Assembly: GCA_025558095.1 (NCBI GenBank)
Contig: JAIVFI010000008.1
Coordinates: 310,001 to 374,000 of the forward strand
Direction: 5' to 3'
Origin: Hyaloraphidium curvatum SAG 235-1
Taxonomy: Eukaryota; Fungi; Monoblepharomycota
DNA: 64,000 nt
The stretch's first letter is position 1. Each line of letters opens with the position of its first letter. The position numbers were made by a program, and so were the translations under genes. The notes below the pieces were generated by a model. That model was not told where the DNA came from, ran no database searches, and worked only from the letters and a program-made list of their open reading frames with translations. Below are positions 10,823 through 22,530 of the stretch, in pieces.

Positions 10823-13800
10823 ATGGCCGGGGCCGCCGAGGCCGCAGTCGACCTGCCCGACCCGGGTGCTGTTCCGCCCGAGGACATCAGCGCGGCGCTT
10901 CAGGGGGCGCCGACGTCCGTCATCTTGGGCTTTTTCGACGAGATGTACGACAAGACGTCCGAGGCCGCGGCGCTGCGGCTCGAGATCTGCGAGCTCGTCG
11001 ACCCCGAAGACGGCACGTCGCCCCGCAGGGCCGTTCCCCGGGGGAAGGCAAGCAAGATGGACATCCATGCGCGCAAGACGGCTGAGGAGGAAGTGACCGC
11101 CAAGCGAGCGTCGGCCCTCCGCGACGGCGGCAAGTGCGACTACGAGGGCCTGTTCCAGACTTACTGCCGGGTCCGCGCCGCGGTTCTGGACAAGCGGGTG
11201 GCTCAGTACATTGCCCGAGAACGGAGAACCGAACGCAGGGTGCAGATTGAACTCGCGAGGCAGCTCAAGGCCGAGGCCCGGGACGCGAGGAGATCCACCA
11301 GGGTCGAGGATGTCGCCGCGGGCAAGGTGGAGCACCCTGAGCATCACCCGCGCCGCGTTAGCTACGATGCTTCGACCGCGGCTGTGGGTCTGTGCATGGC
11401 CCTAGGCGTGTTGCTCGGCTTTGCGGCGTTCTTGGATATCACGATGCAGTCAGTTGCCGGCATCGCCAAGGGAGTGGCCAAGGGAGCCTTCGAAGGGGTC
11501 GCCGCCGCTGCCAAGGGTCTTTGGACGGCTCTCGTTACCCGGCGAGTCGCCGCCGCTTTCCTGGCCGTCGTCGCGCTTCTGGTCGCCGTCTTTCTCGTCG
11601 GACACGGGAGCCCCGACTGCCGCTCGAGCGACTTCCCCGCCTTACCTGCGCGAATCTCTGGGTCGTTGCCGAACTCGACAAGATCTGTGCACCGCCTCGG
11701 AGCTCACGTCGCCCGGCCGTCCTCACCATCCGCATCGTTGCATGGGGACGCCAGCGGGGTGCGACTCGTTCGCCGCGTCGCTCCGACCCCTGCCAGCGGC
11801 CCGGGACCCGCGCACCCGGCGCAGCCTGTCGAAGTGCAAGGGGCCGGCGCCAAAGATGTCGCGCCGTCTGCGGCGCCGTCATCACGGTCTCGCCCGGCCC
11901 AACGCCTCGGGTCTCCTCGCGCGGCGCGCGCCGCCGAGAAGTTGCTGGGGCGTCACACCGCAGCCGGTGGGTTTTGATCGCTCCGGATCGCATGGAGCTC
12001 GCAGCATTGACGCTCCCCACTCGTCCGCTGGCGCAGACGTCGTTGCCATGTGCGATGCCGAGCTCGCCAGGCGCGCGCAGGCCGAGCTTGCCCGCACCCA
12101 GCTCCGCCACGCTGTCATTGCCTTCCAGCTCAGGGACCGCATGTGCGACCGTCCTGGCAAGCTCGACTACCTGACCGGTGAGCTGCCATGTGGGCCCTTC
12201 GGTGCCATCTCTGACATGCCGCCTCTCTTTGTTCAGATTCCGAATGGGGAACGTTCGTCGGCGCCGCGCTCACCTGGCGCCTCAAGATGTCGGGCCCCTG
12301 GCGTCCGGCCTCCGCGGCGCCCTCCGCCGCCGTCGCCGATGCTACCGCACACGACCACCAGTGTGGTGTGATGGAGACGCCTCCGGCCTCGTGGACACCC
12401 CCCGTCAGGCCGGCCTCGGGCGCCGCGCTCATCCCGGCTCCGTCGTTGACCATCCACCCTCCCTCCGAGCCGGACGCCTCCGCCGCCGAACCCGCACCGC
12501 GCGCTGCCGATGCCGGGCTTGCCGCAGGGCCCGGGCCACTGGCTGCCGACGCTGTTGCGGCCAAGGTCGTCGCCGGAGCTGTCGACAATGCGCCCGCGCC
12601 CTGGACCCCAGCCTCTCGACCAGCTCCCCGACCTCCCTCCCCCACCCCCGCCGTTTCTGCGGTCGTGGCGGCAGGCCCAGAGCGCCGCGACGGAGACGAC
12701 GACCCCCCGACGCCCCTCACCCGGCCGTCGTCGTCTGCTTGGCGAGAGGGCGGAAGCCCCGCAGTCGCGTCGGAGGCGGCGCCGCCCAGCGGACCTCCTC
12801 TTCATGACGCGGGCGCGCGCTCTCTGCCTGTTGCGGGTGGCGCCGACGACGAGCCCGCTCCCCGGGTCCCTTGGAATGGACCGCTCTCGCGGTTCACCTT
12901 GGCCGGCCCGTGGACCGCCGCCGAGGCGGGCGAGGTCGACGAGCCGGAGGTGCTCTTCATTCTGCACCTCCCGTCCGACGTTGTGGCTGGGCACAACGCC
13001 TCGCGCGGGGTTGAGATCTCGATGCGCGCCTCGGATACGGTGTCTGATCTCCAGGTTCGTCGCGATCCATTCCTGTCGAGGCGCAAGCAGTTGACGCCCT
13101 TCCTACGCCCATTCCCGATCGCCACAGGTCCTCGTCGCAGACCGCATCGGCTGCCGTGTCTCTGCCGTCGACCTCTTTTCCGACCACCATCGGCGCAGGC
13201 GACTTTGCCCCGCAGCGTCGCTGGGCCAGTGCGGGATCCAGGCCGGCAGCTCCGTCTTTGCCCGCCGGCTTCGCAAGTTCACCCTATTCGTCTCCTCCTT
13301 CCCCATCACCCTCAGCGACGGCCTGCACTCGCTGAACAAGACCCTGACGGTCCGCGTGGGCTCCGACTTGCGGATCTCGGCGCTCAAGGTGGGCCAAATT
13401 CTCACCATGGCACCCGGCTGTCTTGCTGACCTCCCAATCCGCGCGCAGAAATCCGTCGCAGCCCGCCTCGGCGTCCCCAAGACGTCCTTCTACCTACGCA
13501 CACGGAGCGGCCTCGTCCTGGAGAAGGGCGGGCAGGTCGGGGACGAGCAGGTCGGGGACCTGCTCTGGAACGAGGCCACTCTCTTGGCCACCGTCCGCCT
13601 ACCCGGCGGGGCCAAGAACGCGACTTCGAGCGGAGGAAGGCGGGGGAGGGGAGGCAGGGGCGGTGGTCGGGGTGGGAGGGGCGGCCAGGTGCCCAAGACG
13701 CCCAAGCGGGTTCGGTCGGAGGACGAGGACGAGGGCGACGACAAGGAGAGCGACCCGGATCCGGAGGTGACGACTGGCGGCAGGGGGGTGGGCACGGAAC

Positions 13801-16800
13801 GGACCTCGCGCAGGGCGGGGTTGCGGAACGCCAATGCTGGTGCCGCGCCCGGCCCCTCGGTCTCGCCCGCGCACTCCACCCCGGCCGCGGCTCCGTCTCC
13901 CTCCGAGCCCGCTTCCGGCGCAGCGGCACCCACAGCTGCAGCACCACCTCCCTCGGCCCCCGCCGCCGGCAAGCCCCCCCCGCGCGGCCCTCGCGTCGAG
14001 CTGCCGGCCATGGACACCCACGAGGGCACGACGGCGCGGGCAGGCGGCAAGGGCGGCAAGAAGAAGGCCGGCGGCGGCCTCACCGGCACGCTGACGGAAG
14101 GCGAGGTGCAGACCATCGGCGGCAAGCACAGCGGCGGCAAGACCGCGACCAACAAGGAGATCTGGCCCGTGGCGATGAAGCTGCACGGCGGCGCATCGTA
14201 CCGCCTGCAGATCGACGACCACCTCGCCCGGCGGCGCATTCCCTTCAACCGGATCTGTTTCTACGTCGACGCGTCAGTGATCCTGCATTCCATCCTCGGC
14301 TCGGATTACGAGGCCAAGGCGCGGCAGGCCCTGGCGCCGCTCCTCTTTGGGCGTGCGGACTCAATGACCCTGCCGCCGGCTGACGAAACCCTCCCCTGGG
14401 TGGAGGACAGCCTGGGGGAGCTCGCGCGCGCGTTCGTGGACAAGCTTAAGCGGCTGCTCAGGGCGACGCCGGCATCGCGCGCCCGCGGCGACACCGTTGT
14501 GGTCTACTTCGAGACCGGGGCGCCAAAGCCGTCCGCGCAGGGAACACAGGCCCGCGCGGGCAAGCACCCGATCGCGTTGCCCGGGGCAGCGGACGCGGAG
14601 CCGTGGCAGCTGGTGCCGGAGGTGTTCGACGGCCAGCAGCAGCAGCAGCAGCAGCAGCAAGGAGGCGCGTTCTACGCCCTGCGGAAGCAGGTGCACGAGG
14701 CCGAGAAGCGCGGGACGGCCAACTCGGAGAGCTTCAACGGCGCCCTCAAGGGCTTCCTCAAGGTCGCGGGCAAGCCGGGCGCCGACGGCGTGCGCAAGGC
14801 CTTCGACCGGCCGGATGATCGTACAGGTGCCAATCGTGGGTCTCGCCGTGGACCACCCCCCGAAAACGGCTCCCGCTCACCGCCTCCATCTCATTCCATC
14901 CAGGTCTAGCAACGGCTCGCGCCGGCCACGTTGCAAGCTCCGCTCGCCTCGGGCCGGGCCTCATGCTCGTCCTCTCGCGCCTCGTCCGCGACCGCCTCCA
15001 GGCTGCACACGCCATGTTCGGCGCGACGGATGTTCAGCTCGTGGTGGCCGAGGCCGACGGCCATTTTGTCCGCGACGCGGAGCTGCGGTTGGATGCCCAC
15101 GGCCAGCAGGAGCTGCGGCTGGTCGTCACGAGCGACCGCGACCCCTTGTACATGGCCGTCCGCGAGGGCGCCATACACGGGATCGCCGATCTGTTCACCG
15201 ACGTCAAGGGGGCGACGCCGAGCCTGTTCCTGAAGCAGGATATCCTGGCGCACCTGGACGTGACCGCGGAGGAGCTCAAGGCATCGGTGCTCGTGGCGGG
15301 AAGCCACAACACGACGAGCCACTTCATCGTGGGTGTCGTTGATTCGGAGCTTTTGCGATCAGGCTGAAGGGAACGGCGGCTCACTGTCCCTCCCCGCAGG
15401 GCGCCAAGCGGTTCCGGGACGTGCTGCGGGCGAACAAGGCGATCATTGACGCCGCGTGGCTCCAGGCGCGGGAAGCTGTTCCGGGGTCCAGCTGGATCCG
15501 CACGTGCCTGGACATGGTCGTGCAGAACAACCTCGTCACCCCCAAACCCCGCGATCTCATCGCGGCCGACAAGGAAGAGCTGGTCCGCATCTACCACGAG
15601 ACCGAGGGCAAGCGGGCGGACGGGACGCCGCAGCGCCGTCTCCGGCTTCCGCTCGACGTCGCGCCGTCGGCGCAGGCCATGTTTCCTCTCCTCGTGCCCC
15701 TGGCCGAGGTCTTTGCCATGGAACCACTCGCAGCGGACCACCGGAAGGCCTTGGAGGCCCGGCGGAACGAGCTACGGAACGATCTCCGGAAGTTTGACGA
15801 GCGCTACGAGCCAGGGGAGAAGCTCATAAAGGCGGACGCCAAGACGCGCGAGAACATGCAGAAGGAGCTCATCGACGTGCTCGAGAGGCTCGGGGAGCAG
15901 CCCGTTCCGGGCAGCATCGCCGGGACCCCGTCTCCGAGGCCCCGACGGCGACATCAGTACGTGAGCCTCAAGGTGGGGAGCGAACGGCGGCGCTTGATGA
16001 CCTCGAGCTCACGCACAACCGTCGCCAGGCCGCGCTCGCGCAGCCTTTGCCGGCCGATGCCGCGCCCGGTCCTTCCTCCCCGGCACCGGTGGACCCGCAG
16101 CAGCCGGCCGACCCTTCGGCCGGCGCATCGGCATCGGCCAGCGCGGGCCCGACTTCGGGATCGTCGTCGGGACCGGCGTCCAGTCAGGCCATGACTCCGG
16201 AGCGAGACGCCGCGGTCAAGGTCGCCATTAAGATGGGCGAGGGCATCCAGGCCGCGTTCGAGCGGCGGGCCAAGAACGAGGAAGAAAGGCGCGAGGTCGT
16301 CGGCAAGCATGCCTGGAACGCGGCCAAGGAGGAGCCCGACGGGGACGGCTACATCTTCCTTGTCGGCGGCACCGCGATCCGTTCGACCGCCACGCCGGGC
16401 GCCGCTAGGGACGCGGTGCGCGCGGCAGTCGCGGCGGAAGCCGCCTCCGGGTCTGCTGGCGGGAACTTGGGCGGAAATGCGGCGGCTGCTGCGGACGCAG
16501 GGGCCCCCAGAGGCACCGCAGCGGGAGCTGCCGCGCCGGTGCCCATGGAGGTCGACCCTCCCGCGACATCACCCTCCCCTGAACCGCCTCGGGACGCCGC
16601 GATGGAGGACGCCTTCGCCGCCGGCGCCGGAACTGCAGTGGGTGACGTGCCGATGGACGAGTCGGCGGCGGGTCCGGATCCGGACGACGACGACGACGAA
16701 GCCCCGGAGGACGACGAGACCAGGCGGAGGACGAGGCAGGCCAAGGGCAAGGGGAGGGCCGAACCGATGAACGACCCGCTGCCCACGACTGCGGATCCCC

Positions 16801-19800
16801 GGACCGCGACCACGGAGGCGTTAGGTGCAGGGGAACCCGAGGGCGATCGAGAGGGAGCACCGGAGCAGGGTCGTGGGGCCGAACGGCCGCGCCTGTTGGT
16901 CAGGCTGCGCAAAGTGGACGCCGAAGGCTTGCGCTGGGAGCACGTTCGCGGCGATCACGCGCCGGCGTCGGGCAACTTGCGGGGCGCAGGTCGCCAGGAT
17001 TCGGCTCCCGCGCCCGCGCCCAAGAAGCAGAAGCGCGGCCGCGGGAAGGCCGACGAGGGCTTCAAGCTGGATCCGAAGGACGCCAAGGCGGACGAGGCGG
17101 AGGAGGAGGAGGCCCAAGGCGCGCGCAAGGGCGGTGGTGCTGTCACGATCCCCGGCCCCGTCCTCGACCACCTGGTGCAGCCCTGGTCCGGGCCCGTGAA
17201 GGACTTCATCTGGGCGCAGGTGCGGCAGGGTAAGGGCAGGCCGTCGGACGCGGACATCGAGGACTTTATGCGGAAGCAGCTCGGTCTGATCGGCACGGAG
17301 AAGCAGGCCGAGGTCGAGCTCGCGGAGAGGCGCAAGTTCGGCGACTTCATGGCGCTGGCGTTCCGCACGCAGCAGAGGCTGCTCATGGCCGGGAACGCCG
17401 CTTTTCGGATCGTCTTGGACACGTATCTGCACTTGGACGAGGAGCAGCGGGCTGCGTGGTTCCCGGGAGTGCCTCCTTCTCTCAACTGCTCCGATCCGGA
17501 AGCCCTAATTGATAATACGTACGCGGCGGTCGCCACCGCGCTGAGGCTCGAGGGCGGCGGAGATCCAGCTCGATTGGGTTCGGGGATCCCCGAGATCCGC
17601 GCCTTCCTTAGGGAGCTGGGCAAGGAGCTGACGTGGATCGGCCTGCAACCGGACGAGGACCCAGTGCGGATCCGCAGCGGCTTTGAGGAGTGGCTGAAGC
17701 AGAAGAAGGCGGCAGCGAAGGTTGCCTACGCGAAGGACTTGGCGAAGAGCGGCAAGCCACCGCGCGCGCGCAACCCCCATCTGGAGCGGGCGGCGGAGAT
17801 GGAGGTCGGAACTCTGTGCCGCATTTTCCCGGACCTCGCGCGCGAGTACCTGGACCAGCCCATTTCGCCGGACCGGGAGGACGGAAGGAAGCGGCTGTTC
17901 CTGCAACGCAACATCCTCCGGCTGGCGCCGCTCAAATCCTGGAGTCCGCGCGGAGCGGATGGCCAGGACCGTGCGGACGAGATCCTCGGGCTGCCTGCCG
18001 AGCTGGCATTTGCGACGGACGAGGATGCGGGACCCGACCGCACCGAGATCCCGGCGCCGCAGCCCGTGGACCCCGACCTTCGGCACGAGTATCGGCAGGC
18101 GATGCGGGAAACCAGCATCGCAATGGGCAGCGATCGCCTCCTCATCGCGATGCAAGAGGCCGCCGGCAGGCAGCTGCGCGGCCTTGCCTTTGTTGATTTC
18201 GTGGAAACCAGGTTCCGCGTGCTCGCCCGAGAGCCTGGGCTGGCCTTCCACCGCGGCGGCGCCCTGGACGATCCCACCCGCCGCTTCGTGTACGGGGACC
18301 TGTCGGCGCCGGACTTTGACCCCTCGCTTCCCGTCACGCTGCTCTTTGGGAACTGCCCCAAGCTCGACGTGCTCCTCGGTTCCCGCCGCCACTTCCTCAA
18401 CCCGACCAACAAGCTCCTGTTCAACGTTCTCAACGTCGTCGCCCTGCACCGGCTGCAGAACGCCCTCGAGCGTGCCAAGGTGGGCTCCCCGTCGCTCGGA
18501 AGCACGCACACCCTCACCCGTGCTGACACATCGACGCAGCGCGGCGATCCCGGTCGGTACCCCGCCGAGGTCCTGGAGAAGGACATCAAGGCCATCAAGG
18601 CTGACATCAACATGATCAAGGAGACCGAACCCCTCAAGGACCCCGACGATGCTCACTGGGAAGCGGCGACCGCCGCGCGCTGCCGCGTTCTGGGCAACAT
18701 TGTGTTCGCGGACGTCAACAGGATGTGCCCGATGCTGTTTGTGGGTGGCGACAATTGCCGTAGCATTCCAAGCGCTCGACTGACGCCTTCGCGCAGAACG
18801 ACGGCGACGAGTGCTGCTGCTGCGATCTCCCCCTAATGCTCCGCGTCGGTCGGGACAAGGCCCCCGAGCTCACCAAGGACGAGGCTCGCCGCGCGATGGC
18901 GCTCCACCGCCGAATGCAGCTCGAGTTCCTGCGACACGAGCTCCGAGCCTTCCACCCTGCGTTGGTCGTGGGCCTCGGCGTCAACATGCGCAAGGTGCTC
19001 GACGCCGCCTCTGGCGACCGCGACGTCCCGACCACCCCGCTCCCCTTCTCCACGGGCGGCGTCGCCAGCCTGCGGCTGCAGCCCGTCACCAACGACGACC
19101 TCCTTCCCCCGACGGACTTCGAGGTCGCCATGGCCCCGCACCCGATATCGGGGGTCAAGCTCCCGTCGCACCTCGCGGATTCCATCACCGCCATCAACCT
19201 CATCCCGGACCCCTCCCTCGTGCCGGGCGACGCCGCCGTCGTCGGTCCTTCCTGGCGCGCCGTGGCAAACATCGACGAGGGTGCGCGCCTGGCGATCGAG
19301 CGCCTGCTCCCGAGGGTCTACCGCAACTTCCCGGACACGGACGCCTCCGGGACCCCTCTCATGGTCTCGCTCGCCGCCGCATCGCTGGCGATCTCGGACT
19401 CGTTCATCGAGCACGACACCATGCACCACTCCTACAAGCTTTTCCCCGGGGTTTTCGCGCAGATCCATTCCTCCCGTCTCGTCTCCACCCTCACGCGCCT
19501 CGCCCGCGACGGTCTCCGCCGCCTGGTATACAACAAGGCGCACGCCTACCTCTCCAAGGCGTTCGCGCCCGGGGTCCCGCGCGGGCTCATCAACGCCCTG
19601 GCGTACCGCCTCCGCTGCGTCCTCGTTCCGCCGAAGCGCGGCGGCGCGCGCGCGATCGCGGCCGAGGAAGAGGGAGACGAGGAAGCAGAGGAGATTGTGT
19701 TCGCCGGGGTGCGCCAGGCCGCGGGCGACGACGACGCGGACACTGCCGGGGCCGTGACCGACGAGACGCCCGCCGAGACCGTGCTTGACATCTACGCCCG

Positions 19801-22399
19801 CGCCACCATCCTGGTCGGCGAGGTGGAGGGCGACGTTGCCGGTCTTCGAGAGCGCTTCACCGCGGACCTGTCGGCAGAGAAGCGCGGGCCGATCGAGGCC
19901 GCCTTCGACCTGTTCCTGAACCTGCTCACGGTTGCGGACGGAGGTGTCCGCTCGGCCAAGCACAAGGACGACGTGCGCACCGAGGTCGGCTTGGGCACGA
20001 CCGAGCTTTCCAAGCTGACTCTGGTGGAGCAGCTGGTGATGGTCCGCCGCGGGGTCGTGGCGGGCGAGCTGCGCCAGAACGTTGTGCCACGGCTCCATGC
20101 CGGAGACCGCTTCCAGCCCGTGGACAACACGGCGTTCGGGCGCTGGATCTCTGCCTACATTGGACATTTGCATCGGCTGAAGGAGGGCGGCACCGACAAG
20201 GACGGGAGGCCCGTTCCCTTTGCCCTTGCCGACGTCGTTCGGGGCTGGGATGTGCCGCGCATCAAGGCCGTCCAGGATGCCCTCGACAAGCAGAACCAGG
20301 CCACAAAGATTGACACCGGCACTGCGCCCGGCCTCCCCGCGCTCATGAACAAGATGATCCCCGGCCTGGCCCGCGTCGTACGCGGTCCGGCGATGGACCG
20401 GGGGGACGCGCACGTGGACAGGTTCGAACCCTACAAGTCTAGCCACTTCCAGTCCAACGGCATAGAAACGCGGATACTCGTGACCAACCAGCGCCATCCG
20501 CACCGCTACAACCAACTCGGCGGCGTGCGGACCAAGACTGCGGTGGGTCATTTGGCGCAGCGGCAGCTGACTGCGAGCAGATGCTGACCACCGCTCGATC
20601 GTGGCAGGCGGGGGACCCGATCCTCGGCGACAACCCGCGGTGGCCCGTCGACTGCAGGGGCTGCAAGAAGGGCAAGTGCGATCGGCTGTACCCCGGCTGC
20701 TCGTAGGTGTCCCGCACGATCACCGACGCCGATATACCTGATCCCGAGTTGCTGACGCCCGCGATCAGCGACTGTGCCGCGGCCAACCGCGCGTGCGTGT
20801 ACGATCTGCCGACCTGCAAGCCCTGCGAGGCGGCAGAGCGGGATTGCGACGGATGCATGCCGACCTGCGGGTGCGTCTCCAGCTTTGACGTGCATGCCGG
20901 CGCCAGAGTCTCACACCATCCGGTGCCGCGCAGCCACTGCTCCGCGAGCTCGACGTCGTGCACGTGGTCCGTCGCGCAGCCAGAGCGATACGCGCAGGTG
21001 ACCAGCAACGCGTTCCGCCGCACCCTGCCCGAACTTGCCGGGCATCGGCACATCAAGGCCGCGACCACGGCAACGGTGCCGGCGGCGGACAACGAGGCCG
21101 CGAGCGCGACCGCCGGCATCCCTCCTGCTCCTCCACCCACTCCTCCCTCTCCTCCCGCCCCGCCCGGGCCGCCGGCCTGCGGCTCGACCCCGATCTCCAG
21201 CCGCTGCTCCTCGTCGTGCTGCCATGTTCGCGCCGGAGCCGCCGGCACGCATGACCACGCGCGAATCGTGGTACTGGAAGGACAGCTGTGCTGTCGCCCT
21301 CCATCGGGCCCCGGCGGCCGCCGGTGTCAGAAGCTGCAGACGGACGGCAAGGACGTGCCGTACTTCTTCAGGCACTCGACGACCGTCGAGGCTGCGGACA
21401 GCCTCGCCCTCGAGTCGATCCTGGTCGCGGTCGACCCCGGCACCGGCGGCCACACGATCAGCGTCACCGTTCACTTCCGCGGCGAGGGCGGCCAGCTGGA
21501 GCAGCTGACGGTGCACCGCAAGTTCGAGCCTCTCTCGTCCGCCGGATACCGTGCACGCGACGAGGAGGCGAGGTCGGCGGCCTGGTGGGAGGCCCATGGG
21601 GCGATGTCGCAGGGGTTGCGCGGGATCTCGAGGTCGCCGTACCCCATGGACGGCGTCATGGCCGGTGCGCGAGCTGTCGTCCGCGTTTCCGAGCGCCGCA
21701 GTGCTGACCTCTTTCCCGTGCCCAGGTGCCGCCTTCCTCCGCAATGCCGGCCCCCTCCTCGACCACGCGCAGAGCCGCAAAGCCCAGCTGGCCAAGGCCT
21801 ACCGGTTCCGCGCCTTCCAGGCCCGCAGCAACGCCATCGTCAACTGGATCACGGAGGCCTGCGAGGCCCTGTGGCGGCGCAAGACGTATGTCGAGACCTA
21901 CAACGCCGCCGTCCGGCAGGCCCAGGGCGCGCACGGTGGCCGCAAGCCGACCGCGGAGGAGCTCAGGATCACGGAGCGCGCGGCGCGCGAGGCCGCGGAG
22001 CAGGCCGTCGACCGCATCGCCGCCGTGCCCAACCCCATTGTTCTCTGCGGCGCTGGCCAGGGCTCGTCGTCGAAGATGCCGTACCGCGGCGGCATCGCCG
22101 AGCTGCTCTCGCGCCACTTCCTCGTGGTGATGCTCGGCGAGCACAACACGTCGCAGCGGTGTCCCACGTGCCTCTCGGAACTCAAGGCGTACCCGCTGCG
22201 CAAGGGCGACGTCGAGCACAAGGTCTGCCCGTCCTGTGCCGGCCGCTCGGACAAGCACGGCTTCAAGGACAAGCTCGAAGTCAACAAGAATCGGTCGGCG
22301 ACGTTGTGCCTCATTCGAGTGTTCCTGCACATCATTGCCACCGGCCAGCGGCCTGCCGCCTTCACCCACCCCGCTGCTTTGCGCGGAACTGCCGGATAA
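10823..22399 (+). CDS. giant multidomain Fanzor1-like protein (about 3,575 aa): TM region - 2x ubiquitin-like - FEN1/XPG-like nuclease - UDG-like - 2x Zn2Cys6 - RuvC/zinc finger
   Basis: Thirteen GT-AG introns join consecutive ORFs in frame: 11967-12036, 12178-12236, 13055-13127, 13389-13448, 14827-14903, 15329-15399, 15961-16028, 18480-18539, 18741-18796, 20543-20607, 20703-20768, 20871-20933, 21665-21725. The spliced length is 10,728 nt. RuvC-I VAVDPG (21433), RuvC-II GEHNTSQRCPTC (22139), KVCPSC zinc finger, and the C-terminal RPAAF typical of Fanzor1. Confidence 0.82.
14635..14660 (+). repeat. (CAG)n microsatellite encoding poly-Gln within the giant Fanzor gene
   Basis: Run of CAG codons giving QQQQQQQQQ. 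Confidence 0.85.
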
Positions 22400-22530
22400 A
22401 CCGACCCGGCGCGAACCTGAATGGGTGAGTGTAGGATTTCTCTCGGGCAGGGCTTTCTCGGGCCCTGAGCATTCACGGAGGAGTTGACCAACCTCTCTCC
22501 CCTTTTCAAAAGTCTGCGGATAGTGGCGGG
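22400..22530 (+). ncRNA. candidate Fanzor omegaRNA (scaffold plus flank-derived guide)
   Basis: Directly follows the Fanzor stop; nested stems GTGAGTGT(22425-32)/GCATTCAC(22469-76) and CAGGGCTT(22448-55)/GGGCCCTG(22460-67). Position matches known Fanzor/TnpB omegaRNAs; boundaries inferred. Confidence 0.5.

Larger units (their letters stand above)
8161..22512 (+). mobile_element. about 14-kb Fanzor-encoding insertion interrupting bshA; ends approximate, no transposase recognised
   Basis: Lies between the N- and C-terminal parts of bshA, which share one strand; carries a gene ending in a Fanzor/TnpB RuvC about 110 nt from the right junction. No clear TIRs seen. Confidence 0.7.

Noticed and set aside
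20704-20706. In-frame TAG in the giant gene, suggesting readthrough or pseudogenisation
   Set aside because: It lies within a good intron (GTAGGT donor at 20703, GCTGAC branch, CAG acceptor at 20768) whose removal restores the frame and completes a Zn2Cys6 motif.
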